From positions 10,293,227-10,357,167 of the forward strand of contig CM119264.1 in assembly GCA_051294375.1 (NCBI GenBank): 63,941 nucleotides of DNA. The letters are read 5' to 3'. The stretch is from Paraspadella gotoi. Its lineage: Eukaryota; Animalia; Chaetognatha. Below the pieces are notes generated by a model. The model did no database searches. It had not been told where the DNA came from and saw nothing but the letters and a program-made list of their open reading frames with translations. A program made the position numbers and the translations under genes. How positions within the stretch are numbered: the first letter of the stretch is position 1; each line of letters opens with the position of its first letter. Shown one piece after another: positions 12,560-25,494 of this stretch.

Positions 12560-15135
12560 ATATGGTTGGACTTCCCTCCACATCTCGACGCTGATTGCTC
12601 CAGCCGCGACTCAGCCGGACTTTCCTCGGCACGGAGTAAGTTCGCTTCCTGATCGCTCGTCTTTCCGGCGAAGGAAGAGGATTCTCTTCCTTCTCTTTCT
12701 CTCTCTCTTCTCCTTTCGCTCCTCTTTCGCGAGACTTACCTCTCGAATTTCGGAGGAAATTTATCATTTCTCATGAAAAAATTACTTTTCCCAATTGTGA
12801 TATTTTAAATAAGGGGGAAAAACTATTTTTACAAAGACAAATGTATAAGTTAATGTGAAATTAACTGCTTAAAATTGATAAAAAAATTTACTAAAATAAG
12901 TTACCTTTACCAAAGCAAATACAGAGAATCCATTGTTATTAATATTAAAATAAACATAAAAGTTATGTCATAAATTAAAAATTTAAAATATCAATGAAAC
13001 GAAAATAAAAAAATCAATTATTTTATAATTAATTAATTAGATTAATCATTAATTAATAATTATGCTCAAGTCAGCACGTTACTCTCTTCGCCAATCTGGT
13101 CAAGTTTCATTGTCTTTTGTCGGAATGCTGACTGGTTTAGGAAGTCGCAGTTCAAAAAAGCCCACGGACTTAAGTAATAAAACAAAGTTTTAGTGCGGAT
13201 CTGCATTTCACTCTATAATTCACTTTTCGGTCCGCGGTCCGCCCCATCAATCTTGTCGGGAATTCACTTATTATCAGTGTCAAGAACATCCGACATATGA
13301 TAAATTATGAAATTTTCCGTGAGAACAACGAAAAAATAAATTTTATTTAACATTAAAATTTGGATTGTTTCGGCTTTGTTCTTCAAGCCTTTCATCACAT
13401 TTGAAAAAGGGACACAAAAATGTTTTTTACAAAATTGAGTGGTGAGTGAGAGGAGAAGAGAGAGAGAGAGAGAGAGAGTTTCCAACCAAAGAATTTTAAT
13501 AAGGATAGTGTTCAGATGTGGAGAATAGTGAAGATGAGGACAGCGGATGAAGAGAGAGTAAAAGTGAAATTTGGTTGAAAGGTTGAGAGAGAGAGAGAGA
13601 GAATCACTGAGCAAATATACATTTGGTAATGTACAACAAAGAATAAATGGTGTGAAAAAAGACTTAAAACATAACAGAGAATTAATAAAGTTAAGTGAAT
13701 TAGGTTAATTTTAGTACAATTTGTAGTATAAGTGAAATGAAAAATAAAAATGAAATGAAAAAGAAAATAATTTTTTGAGGATAAATAAGATGAAGGTAAA
13801 AGTGAAAAATAAGTAAAGAAAGGAAGCCAAATGAGCTGGTCCCCCCCCCCGGCCGGGCAAAATGTAGGCATTACTGAAAGAGTTTTGCGTTCATTGGCCA
13901 CGTCATAGATTGAAGAGTATTGTGGCCGGCAAGTTGTTAGGCAAGGATCTGTAGTAATCCAGCTGGAAATATTCCACTTATTTAAATTCTCTGATTATGT
14001 TTAGTCTTTTTCAACACCATTATCTTTATTGTACATTACCAAATGTATATTTTTGCACAGTGATTCTCTTTCTCCTCTCTCTCTTCTCTCTCTCTGCATC
14101 TCTCTCTCTCTCTCTCTCACCTTTCTCCAAATTTCACTTTTACTCTCTCTTCTTCCCTTCCTCATCTTCACCCTATTCTCACATTCTGACCACTATCCCT
14201 TACTAAATTTCTTTGTTGGAAACTCTCTCCCTCTCTCACCAGCACTCAATGTTTTGTAAAAAAAAATTTTCTGTGTCTGGTTCAAATGCTGATGCAAGGC
14301 TGAAGAACCAAGCCGAAACATGTCCAAACTTTTATATGTTAATAAATTTTTGTGTTCCACAAAAAATTCGTTCTTCTAATTAACAGCAACAAAAAAAAAA
14401 TAAAGGAATTTAACACCAATGATAAATTATGCAAAAAAAAAACAAACGAGTCCGTCTGTCCTATCGTCCGTCCCACCTTAGCAAAAAACACCAATTTGTG
14501 ACTGAGTGTTATCTTGATGACTGAAAGTCAATTCGAGTTGCCCAGAATACATTATTATTGTGAATAACAATTAATGTCTAGAGAAAAATTTGAAATGGAA
14601 TTCAACAACGATTTATTTTAAATGAAGTCATTTAAAACTTTTTTCTAAATCTCAACCACAACGAAACGAATGGATTTATAAATGTCTAACAATTAATGTC
14701 ATATGAAAATTCTCTTTGACTAACTTTTTTAATTTGATATTAATAAATCAAAATATCAAACTGTTTTTACCGAGATCCTTATGATTATATATTGAGAAAA
14801 CTTTTTTGCTCCTCTGTTCATACGCCAGTCCAAATGATATTGAATAACCCAGATATAAAATATAGTAGTTTTTTAAGAGAGTGAAAAGCAAAAACTAAGA
14901 GAAAATGTGGGAGAGAGAGAGAAAATGGAGCGAGAACGGTATTTTCGCGAGTCTTCGCCACCCTAGACCCGCGACGATCGCCCGTCGGTAGGAAAGGAAG
15001 AGGACCGCTTCATTTTTCGAGAGTCACCGACGCGGATGAACCTGCCGACTTTGACCGCGCCTAAGAGAGCAAGGAGGGACAAGAGGGAAGCCTTTTGGTC
15101 GTCTCGCGGCATCGGTCGATGTCGGACCAAACCCC

Positions 15136-15138
<3 letters not shown>
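12560..15138. mobile_element. Putative non-autonomous dispersed element embedded in (GA)n, locus 1 (artefactual second copy at 25971-28549)
   Basis: Left ~630 bp matches 57733-58400 and right ~270 bp matches 59500-59764. Ends are TATGGTTGG and CCAAACCCCATA, with GA tracts on both sides. Flanks beyond the tracts differ between the two loci. Confidence 0.65.
13338..14350. repeat. Inverted repeat with ~360-bp arms (13338-13690 / 13979-14350) and ~290-bp spacer; duplicated at +13,411
   Basis: e.g. atacatttggtaatgtacaa vs ttgtacattaccaaatgtat; gagagagtaaaagtgaaatttgg vs ccaaatttcacttttactctctc. Confidence 0.9.
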
Positions 15139-15173
<35 letters not shown>

Positions 15174-15410
15174 ATCGACTTAGAAAAATGGAAAATCAGC
15201 CAGAGTTAACGAAAAAATGTCAAAAGCAGAACCGAGCCTTGTTTTTATTTTCGTTTTTCCCCCTCGAAGTTTTTTTTTGTTCCTGTGATTTTCGGTATAA
15301 CAAAACGTTTCGCCCAGAGCATTGAGCATTAAACCAGAGTTTTCCTTTCGATGCATCCAACGTCTTTCGTTCATTAATCAACAACNNNNNNNNNNNNNNN
15401 NNNNNNNNNN

Positions 15411-18240
15411 CGAAAAAAGAAACTGTCAAGATTGGCGAACAAATAGAAAAACCTAAAAAAAACTGAGAGAAAGGAAAAGAAGAAGAAAGAAAAACGAAAG
15501 AAAGAAAGAAAGAGAAAGAAAGAAGAAGAAAGAAAAGAACCCGAAAGAAAGGGGAAAAAAGAAAAAAGAAGGAAAAAAAAGAAAGGAAAGAAGAAAACAA
15601 GAAAATTAAAAAAGAAAGGAAAGAAAAGGAAAGGAAAGATTTAAAAAAAAAGAAAAAAAAGGGAAAAAAGGAACCTAATTACTACGACATTCAAAGGGAG
15701 GGAGAGGAATTTTTTTTTCTTATGCAAAAGCAGGTGAATTTACCGCAGCGAAAGGAAAAAATTTCCCGTGTTACCCAGTGACAAAAGCGGTAGGGGGAAT
15801 TAGAATCGCATATGAACTGCGACGCGACCGCACCGCAGTCGCAATGAACGTTGGCACCGCGCCGAAACCGGCCGATGCGCGCGCGGCCCGCCACGCCCAA
15901 GCGCCAACCAAAGCGGCAGGGAAAATCGACAGTTTTGGAAAGAAACGAGAGGAAAAAAAGAAAAAAAGGAAAAAAAAGAAGGAAGACAGGAAAAAGAAAG
16001 AATTGGGATAAATTTGAAAACATGAGGGAGGGAGGCAACGATGCGGAATTGACAACGTGGAGGAAAGAAAGGAAGGAAAGGGACAGCGAAAGTAAAGTCT
16101 GAATGTAAATAAGCAGGACGACGTAAGTCTTCCACCGATTTTATGGACTTTTGCTTCTTTGGCGAATGAAATCATGTGAGTTTTTTTTACCAACTTTATT
16201 TCCTCTTCTTCAGGGATTTTTTGTGTTTGAATAGAAAAGCGAATGTAAAATGCTACCAATTAAAATAGAATTATTTAAAGCAATTCACAGAAACAGACAC
16301 TATTGAAGTTTGAAATTCTACAAATTATATAAAACCCTAAGCATGGATGATCAATTAATTTGTCCTTCCAAAAATCTCCGTTATCACAACGATGGTTGAT
16401 GCTTATCTTATATTGGTGAGTTTGGATTTAACTACAAATGTCGGGGAAATTAATTTTTATAAAATTCTCCCGTAATATTAGTTTATTAAAGTTTTTTTCA
16501 AAAAAATGTGATTCACCATGAACTCCCATATCATTTAAAAAAAAAAGGTGGTCCAAAGACCAGGGAGCGAATTCATTTGTATTTAATTCAAGAATCTATG
16601 TGATTCGGAAATACGAGACCAAAGTGAAACCTTTAACGAAACAAAGCTTCGTTCAAGGTTTAAAACTTGAAAATTAAAGTCAGTTTAAAAAATATAATTT
16701 GTTCGACTAAAGAAGAAACAACAAAACAAAAGAATAAAATAGAAAATAAAAAAAGAAAACTAAACAAAAAATTAAAATAAGAACTAGTTGTTGCGCCCTT
16801 GATCACATATGACATGACATGACTAACAAACTTTCTTTGCCCTGGTTTGTATTTATATATGCGTTTATTTCGATTGCAACATGGTTGGATTCAGTACGTC
16901 ATAACATCAGCAAGACTAGGTCTTAAATAGTAGAGATTTGTTTGACATGCCCTGCATCAAAAACCGCTTTAACTTATAGATTAGGAATTCCTCAAGCCGA
17001 CGCTAGTTTTTTTTCTTCTTAACAATGAGCAACAACTTATAGCCAGAATTATATCATTTTAACGTAAATGGGAATATCCGACGGACAGACATAACCGACC
17101 GACGACGACAACAAACACAGAACCGACGCCGACCTGACCGACTCCGAAAAGTGACTTAATAGAGTTGCTCGCGAGTACTCGCGGCGCAACGCAAAACTGA
17201 AAACTGTTCTACAATATAAAGAAAAAAAAATGCAACCGATGGGTGAAAAAAAAAAAAAAAGAAGGGCGATAAGCACCCTCAGCGAGGAGGGAAAACGACT
17301 AGGGAAAAAGAAAAAAAAAATCAGGGTTCGAAACGAAAACGAGAGAGGAAAGGAAAAGATCCGAGCGGTGAATAAGAAGGAGGATCTTTCCTTCCAGAAA
17401 GTACACCGCTCATTGGATGACGAAAAAAAAAAATATTCGTTATAAGTTTAAAGGCTAAGAAAAGACAATGTAGAATAGTGCCAATGTTTTGATAGGAAAA
17501 CTCGACTGCCCTCTCCCGTCGAAAAGAAATAAGGAGACAGAGAGGAAAGAGAGAGAGAGGGAGAGATGGGAGAGATAGACGAGAAGGGCGAGAGGAGAGA
17601 CGAGAAGAGAGAGAGTGAGAGACGAGATGACGAGAGACGAAGAGAGAGACGAGAAGGAGGAGAGAATCAGCGAAGAGGAAATCACTGATTGCTGTGAAAG
17701 ATGAGAATAATAGTGAGAAAAGATTTGAACCCAGACCGAGACGAGATATAGACTCAGTTAATCAGATAAGTTGGAACTGGTTGATAGGGATCGAAGAGAA
17801 AAGACGCAGAAGAAAATGAATAAAAAGAAAAAGAAAGAAAGAAAGAAGAAAGAAAGGAAAAAGAAAGAAAGAAAGAAAAGAAAGAAAGAAAGAAAGAAAG
17901 AAAAAAAGAGAAAGAAAGAAAGAAAAGAAAGAAGAAAAGGAAAGAAAGAAAAATAGAAGAAAGAAGAAAAAAGAAAAGAAAGAAGAAAGGATAAAAGAAA
18001 AGAAAGAAAGAAGAAAAAATTAAAAAAATAAAAAAAAATAAAGAGACGAAATCGCGATGGCTAAAGACAAGAGCGTCGAAACGATATGAGGCAAACGACT
18101 CAGGAGGCGCTGACAAGGCAGTTGTGTGTCGAGCATCTTTGCCCAATTCTTCGCGGATCTCGCAGAAGATAGAGATTTTTAAAAAAAGATTAAGATAAAA
18201 AAATAGATAATAAAGAAAAAAAAAGAAGAAAGAAAGAAAA

Positions 18241-18275
<35 letters not shown>

Positions 18276-21200
18276 CAGTATATAAGTGATTAGACCAAGA
18301 CGCGGGTCCTATTACCCCTCCTTCTCATTCAACCTCCTCTTCATCCTCCCCAGATTCGGGGCGCGTTCACGAGAGTCAGTTCCACCTTCCTCTTCTTCTC
18401 CTACTGTTTCTCTCCTTTTTTTTTACCTCATTTTTGTCTCAGGATAGATTTTCCTTCCGTCAATATATTAGTTTCCCACATTCTCGTACTTACTTCGGTT
18501 AGGCATACCTTTTCAGAGTGACGCCAATCTGTGTTGCTCGAACATCTAAACCACAAAAAAACCCCCAGGATGGCTCCACGACTGATTTTTAGAAACGTGA
18601 AGAGAAACAAAATATAAAAAGACCGAAAATGAAGAAAAAAAGAAAAAAATCTGAAAACTTTTTTCAATTTTTTTTAAAAAATTAAAAGTAAGAAAACAAA
18701 CAACAAAAAAAAGGCTTTAAATTTGGATTAAATTTTAATCTTTTCCTCCATCCTCGTTTCCCCAACCCCGACTTTTTTTTGCACATTGCTTTGACAAAAA
18801 AAAACAAAAACATTTAATCGCCATTTCTTCTTCCGATTTTTTGTCCTCGTCGCTTCCTCCATCCGATTAGAGACTACGTCCTTTGCCGGCAGCTGTATCA
18901 CTTTTTGCGAAAAATCTCCAATTTTTCTCTTGACTTTCCCTCCCACCTCTCACTTCGATTCGATTGAATTTTACCGCGAATCGCATCGATTTGAACGAGA
19001 TTCAATCCTGGCGTCGTTTTTTTTTTCTTCCTCGAATCAGACGCCCGTCGTCATCCCTCCCACCACCCAATCATCTCTCCACCCATCACGCCTCCCCCGT
19101 CACGCTTCCCGTTCGCCGCCAACTTTGGGAATCAACCCTTCGATTTTCTCCGCCCACTTCCTCCGTCTCTAAACGACTAGATCTCCGATCTTCGATCTTG
19201 GCGTCGGGAATCGGGAGTGACGGAATAAGTTCGAAATCGTCTTCGATCATCCTAAATCGCACTCTCCAATTTTTCGCTTCTCTTAATAAAGACGATTCGT
19301 TTGGACCGATTTCGATCATCGAACCCAAATAAAGATGACGTACATTTCGATTAACTCGCTTTTTCGCGAATCGTCCTCCTCCCCTGCGATCGCTTGCGAA
19401 ACAGTTGACCGCCGCTACCGCACGATCACATATCGAAACTCGAATCTCTCCCCCCCTCCGCGAAATGGAACTGATTTTTTTTTTTTCCGCCGAAAACTAA
19501 AGAAATAAAAAAAAGCGAAACAAAAAGATTTCCTGTTCTTCCCTTCCTCTGACGTCATTTCTTTCTTTCTTTGTTTCGACGATAAGAAATATTAAAACCC
19601 AAACCCTGGCGCCGAAAAATGACAAATAGACCATTAGTTACTGAATAAATGCCCCAACTTCAAAAAAAATCACCGTCGACAGTCTATGTCCCGCTTTCTA
19701 CATCCAAGAAATCCTTTTCTCGCCTGGTTCCCCCCCCCCCTCGTTCACCCAAAAAAAATCTAAAAACGAAAATATGCGAAATTCGAAGAAAAAGAAAAGA
19801 AAACAGGACATTCTCCCTCACAAAAGATGAAATTTTTTCGCTCGAATTCGATCGCAGTTTTATCTTTTCTTCTTTCTTTGGTCCATCTTTTTTCGAAATG
19901 ACAAATCACCAACGTCAATCACCTTTGCTCTCCCCCTCACCAGAGTTAATCACCAACTCTCGTGCCAAGAAACTCGAAAATTTTTTTAGTTTTTCGCTCG
20001 ATCGATCACCTTGCGGTTTCGCGTCTCCCCCTGTTAAATCATCGCGTTCTCGCGCGTCGAAAAAAAAAAATCGAAATATAGAGTTGTTGAACTAAATAAA
20101 AAAGATTTTTCCGCGAATTCGAGGCTCGAATCTCCGTCTCAACCGTCTCTCCATTCGACGGATCGAAAACAAAAAGGTCGATTAAAAGATAAGAGCAGCG
20201 CAGTCTTCAGTAAGTTTGAAAAAATATTTCGGATCGTCTGTCATCATCTGGTGCCCAATTATCATCCCTTTTGTCGGTTTCTTCACAAATCCTGTCAACT
20301 GTCATCATTTCAGACCAAAAACTGTCAGTGGTCACCTGCTAAGGCTGTCAGTCACTGACAAGATTATGTCAGAGATTATGTCAGAAATTATGTCAGAGAT
20401 TTTTTCTGTCAGAGATTGCGCTTTGTCATTTAGCTACTGTGTGAATCGAGTCAGTCTTTAATGCTGAAAACATTGTTCATCATCTAGAGGGTCATTGCCA
20501 AAAAAAAATTTTGGGAGAAAACGAATCCATTTCCAGTTTCCAAAAAATTGAATTGAAATGTCTCCAGGGCCCCCTCAACCCCCCAACCCCTTCACCCCCC
20601 AACAAAAGCCAATCAAATATTCTCCCTAGTGTAATTAATAACAACAACTTTGCCTATTTTTAATGTAATTTGCATCCAATGCCGCCAACAAAGCCTTGAA
20701 TCAAAAAACGTATTCTTTAGTATTTTTAGTTCTCTAACCATATGGTATATAAAATTCGTTCCAACATCCCCAACCCCCTCTCAACCATCCAACCCCCAAA
20801 ACCCATCAACCCGTCAACGAGCCTTGAGTCAAAATCTGCATTTTATCTAGTCTCAGTTCTAAACTCACTTGGGTGTTAAACTCACTTACTCATCTTGTAT
20901 TCAAATGAAGCAGTTTCTCACCAATCAGTTCTGCTATTTTTGCAAGGAGGATAATGTTTTAGCGGCTTTATCCCACAAAAATATTTCAAATGTATGATCT
21001 CTTAGATTAATATAAAATGAATGGCTACAGTACTTTTAAGGTGGCCCAACTGGAGCTAGAAAGGAAAAGTGAATTGGCAAGATTTGTGACAGTCACGATT
21101 TGATTGTCTGCTTCTGACACAATGTTAATCGCTCATAATAAGCATTTGCCACCGCAGGGTGCGCCTACAATCAATTCGAAATCGTATTTCAAATTCAAAT

Positions 21201-23614
21201 GGAAAACAAAAAATGAATGTGCATAATTCGCCCTCCCCCCTTTGTGTATCCTCAACACTGCAGATGCCTAAAAAGAGTGGTGACTGAAGTTTATTCAGTC
21301 CTTATTTACCTGTGATTGTTAATCAGAGTTTCTATGAGCATTTTGTCGTAGTTCTGACCAAAAAAATTAAGCCACCTTGACAATAATTTAACTCGTAGTG
21401 ATGCGGTTAATCCTGCCTATCATCTGTTTTTTATTCATTAGTTGCTGACAAAGTCAAAAAAAAAAAAAGAGAAAAACGCATTTATCTTCGTGCCATTCAT
21501 AAAATTCCAGTTTCACTAACTTTTTTTCAAATGATCATACATAATTTAATAAAGTCAAAGTTTGACAAATCCAGTATAATAGCAACTGTAAAGTGTTTGC
21601 TGTTAATTTGTGTAAAAAGTGAAATATACTCAAAAAGAAAATAAAAATAGAAATTGTTAAAAAAGAAAGAAAAAGCAGATTAATAAAGTCCTACTCACAC
21701 TCCCACCGATCCCTTAATCCCCCAATCCCCATCTAAATCCCGAACACCAAAACTTTATCAATTATCAGAGCAGTTGTGAAACAACATGTTGTGATTATTG
21801 CTGTGTAATAATGTAAAAATATACTCAAAGAGAAAGTAAAGGCAAAGATGTCAATGAGCTCTGGAGCTTCTTTAGCTTCTTCTACGTATGCAAGAAGACA
21901 AGCTGAATGATTGGCAGTTGATTGACCAGTTGACTATTTGGCAAACCTAACCGAGTTCTAATCTTAAAAGCACTGTAGTGACAAAGCAATAAACCTACTG
22001 TTTCAAAATGCCTTCTTCCTCCAGCGAGAACGCATCATTTTAAGGAAGAGTCAATATATAATAGAACAAGAAAATAGAATATTAAGTCTCGCCAAAAAAA
22101 TAGAAAAACACGAAAAAAACTCCACTCCTCTCCCAACTAATCATTTCTTCCCTCCTTGATGCTGGGAAAATCGCCATTGTTAATAATTCATGCCTCCCTC
22201 AATGGTAGAAGTGCTATTAGTAATCAAACATTGAAGTTTGAACCTTTAGACACTGTCAAATGTAAATTACAAATAATCATCAATATCATCTAACAAATGA
22301 AACTGAAACTAATCACCAATGTTAATCACCATGATATATCACCCACTCCCGCCCCAATCATTCTTGTTTTCTATGTTCTCCCCCTCAACTATATCGCCAA
22401 ATTATCACCACAATCAAATAGCAAACTTAATCACCTTGTTCAAAAATATCATCATCAACCCCCACCTGTTTCTATTAGACTGATGACCCCCCTCCAATTG
22501 ATTTGTTTTATATGATGACCTGTACCCCACACCCAAAACCCATTCTCTTCTTTACCCCCTCCTCACATTCACAAATTTTCAGCACAGTTAGGCACTCTTC
22601 ACTCCGCACCAGCACGATGACGTCTCACGCCATTCGAGGCCTTGATTACGCCATCTTGACCAGAGAGGCCCAGTATATTAAGGTGATAGACAGAACCCGG
22701 GGTCTGATTACCCCCTCCTTTCTCATTCACCTACTCTTCATCCTCTCCCAGGGATTCGGGCCGCGTTCACGAGATTCATTCACCTTCCTCTCTTCTCCTA
22801 CTCGTTTCTCTCCTTTTTTTTACCTGCATTTTTGTCTCAGTATAGATTTTCCTTCCGTCAATATATTAGTTTCCACATTCTCGTCACTTACGTTCGGTTA
22901 GGATACTTTTTCAGAGGAAAGAAGAAAGAAAAGAAAGAAAGAAAAAGAAAAGAAAAGAAAAAAAAAAATGCTTGAAATAACAAGTCAACATCGAAAACCA
23001 AATTAACTTTTGATTAAAAGCGCGAACTGGAGAGACTTAAGACTAGAAGACTAAAAGGAAAAGAGGAAAAAAAAGGGGGGAGGAAAGAGAGAGAGAGGGG
23101 AGAGAGAGAGAGAAGAGGGAGAGGGAGACAGAGAGAGATGAGGAGAGAGAAGAGTGGATGGAGGAAGAGAGAAAAAACTCTCAAAATGGCGAAACTTTTT
23201 CCGTTCCACAGAAAAGTGTTTCCATTCGGTCCAAGATTAAAAGGAGCCGACTTGATGGAACGACAAGCCCGATGAAGGCGATTGGGACGAGATTTGAGAA
23301 AGATTTCTCGGAATGTTGGAGAGCGGACAAACGACGAGGCATGTCGATGCTATTGTCATTCTTCGGACTGATTCACGACGGTCACGAAAATAAAATCGAA
23401 TCCGAATCACATTTAAGTTGCGGCAAGTGGACTGATTTTATGAGGAGCGAAGCGGCGACTACAACCAACAACACAGCCACGTCCACACGACAACCGCAAT
23501 TAACAATGGAATCGGACGCATCTGGACGCGCGCTTCCTCACGTCTCGCGATCGCCGTCCAAATTCCATTCTAGGGGGGGAACAAAGTTGAACAGAAACTC
23601 ATTTCATGGGAAGA

Positions 23615-23653
<39 letters not shown>

Positions 23654-23741
23654 AGAGAAGAAGAGAAGAGAAGAGAGGAGAGAGTGAGAAGAGGAGAGAG
23701 AGAGAGAAAATTCAATGACGTTGAAAAGAAAGACGAGTGTT

Positions 23742-23775
<34 letters not shown>

Positions 23776-25455
23776 GAAAGAGAGAGAGAGAAGAGAACCG
23801 AGAGGAGAGAGAGAGAGGAGAGAAAAAAAAAAAATGGGGGGAAAATCAAATCGATCCCTCTTCCTAAGAATAGAATACAAAAAGGAAAGAACTCTGATTT
23901 AAAAGGAGAAAGATTAAAAAAAGGGAAAAAAGAGAGGAAAGAAAAAGACAAAAAGGAAAAGAAATGAAAAAGCATCAATTCGTCTCTCCTTCGAGAGAAG
24001 AGAGAAGAGAGAGAAACTCTTCTTCTTCCCCTTCCCCTCAACTTTCTCGCTATCTCTCTCTTTTTTTCCCGCCCAAGTGTCGTTGAAGAATTCGACGGAG
24101 AAAAAAACATGCCAAAAAACTCAAAATTATCGCAGATGCTTTGTTTTGTTTTGAAAGATCGAGTTCTGCGGAGAGAGAATACGAGCGTTGACATCGAAAT
24201 CGGCAGATCGATCATACGCAAAACGATGACGACGACGACAATTTGGAGGAACAACATGAAGTCTTACACTTTTACTTGAGTCAAAACTAATTTAATGTAA
24301 TGCTTCAAATCTTATTATCTAAAAAAAAAAAAAATCTGCGAAGCCAGAGGGGCTTCGCCTTTCAAATTTAAATTAGATTAAAGGACGAGGAAGAGAAAAG
24401 TCGATGACGACGTTGACGACGACGAGGACGACGACGACGACACGACGACGATAAAACTTAGAGAGATACGCGGCCGAAAATGACGATTACACTGCGATAC
24501 TAGAAGATGACGGGAGACGACTACGACAATGACAATATTGACGACGACGACGACGACAAGCACCACGCGACGCGACACGACACGACGTGGGCCTCTGAAC
24601 TGCGCCGTTTGGGGAATTTTTAAAAGAACAAGGACGGGTGCGATCAAAACATCGATCAAACTGGAAGAACTGCAAGGCGACGGTGGACCTTTACGCAAAT
24701 AAAAAGAAAGAAAACCCTGGAAATCTCTGCCGTCTAACGGCGTCTTATGGGGTGAGGTTAAAGGTAAATAAGGAGTTGCTTTATGACCGAGAGGCACAAG
24801 ACCGGGGTTTGGCGTGGGTGAGTGGATTTATTTATTTGGGGCGATGGGGATTCAGGGAAAAAAAAGGAGATCGGTTGAATCGGTTGATTCGGCCAAATAC
24901 CACGTCAAGTATTCTTTTGTCCTCCGGCCAAGATTCGACGTCTATACTACTCCCCAAGCATTTCGACTACAAACCGTTTTTACAAAAATATTTCGAGAGA
25001 AGTAACGAAGTTAAAAAACAGGAAAGCATTAATTATTAATTAATTAATTTGTTTGTCGCGGTTAGTAACTGAAAATGATGAAAAATGAGAAAAAGAGGAA
25101 AAGGGGGAAACAAAATTCGACATAAATAAAAAATTTTTTTTGAACAATCAGTTTGAGGCGACGTACGTCTCGCTCTCCGCTCTTCTCGCTCTCTCAGTAT
25201 CCCCTTCGACCGTCCGCTCACCCCGGGCCTCTTTTTTTGCAGGAGCGCGTTTAGAAAATCGTCCCCTACTGGAGCGAAGGACAGACACCTTTTAAAAAAA
25301 AACGAAAACCCTCATTAAGATCCAGAGTCCCGGATAGAGAAAAGGAGACGGAGAGGGGTCCGGTCATTCGCTTGACGTCAAGGAGGGAGAAGAGAAGAGA
25401 GAGAGAGAGAGAGAGAGAATGAAGAGAAGAGTAGAGAGAGTGAGAGAGAGAGAAC

Positions 25456-25494
<39 letters not shown>

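Larger units (their letters stand above)
2000..15158 (+). repeat. Copy 1 of an apparently identical 13.2-kb tandem duplication (offset 13,411)
   Basis: Every ORF recurs at +13,411 with identical translation (e.g. 2280..2627 and 15691..16038; 13997..14206 and 27408..27617). Both copies start cgaaaaaagaaactgtcaag immediately after a 25-N gap. Confidence 0.97.
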
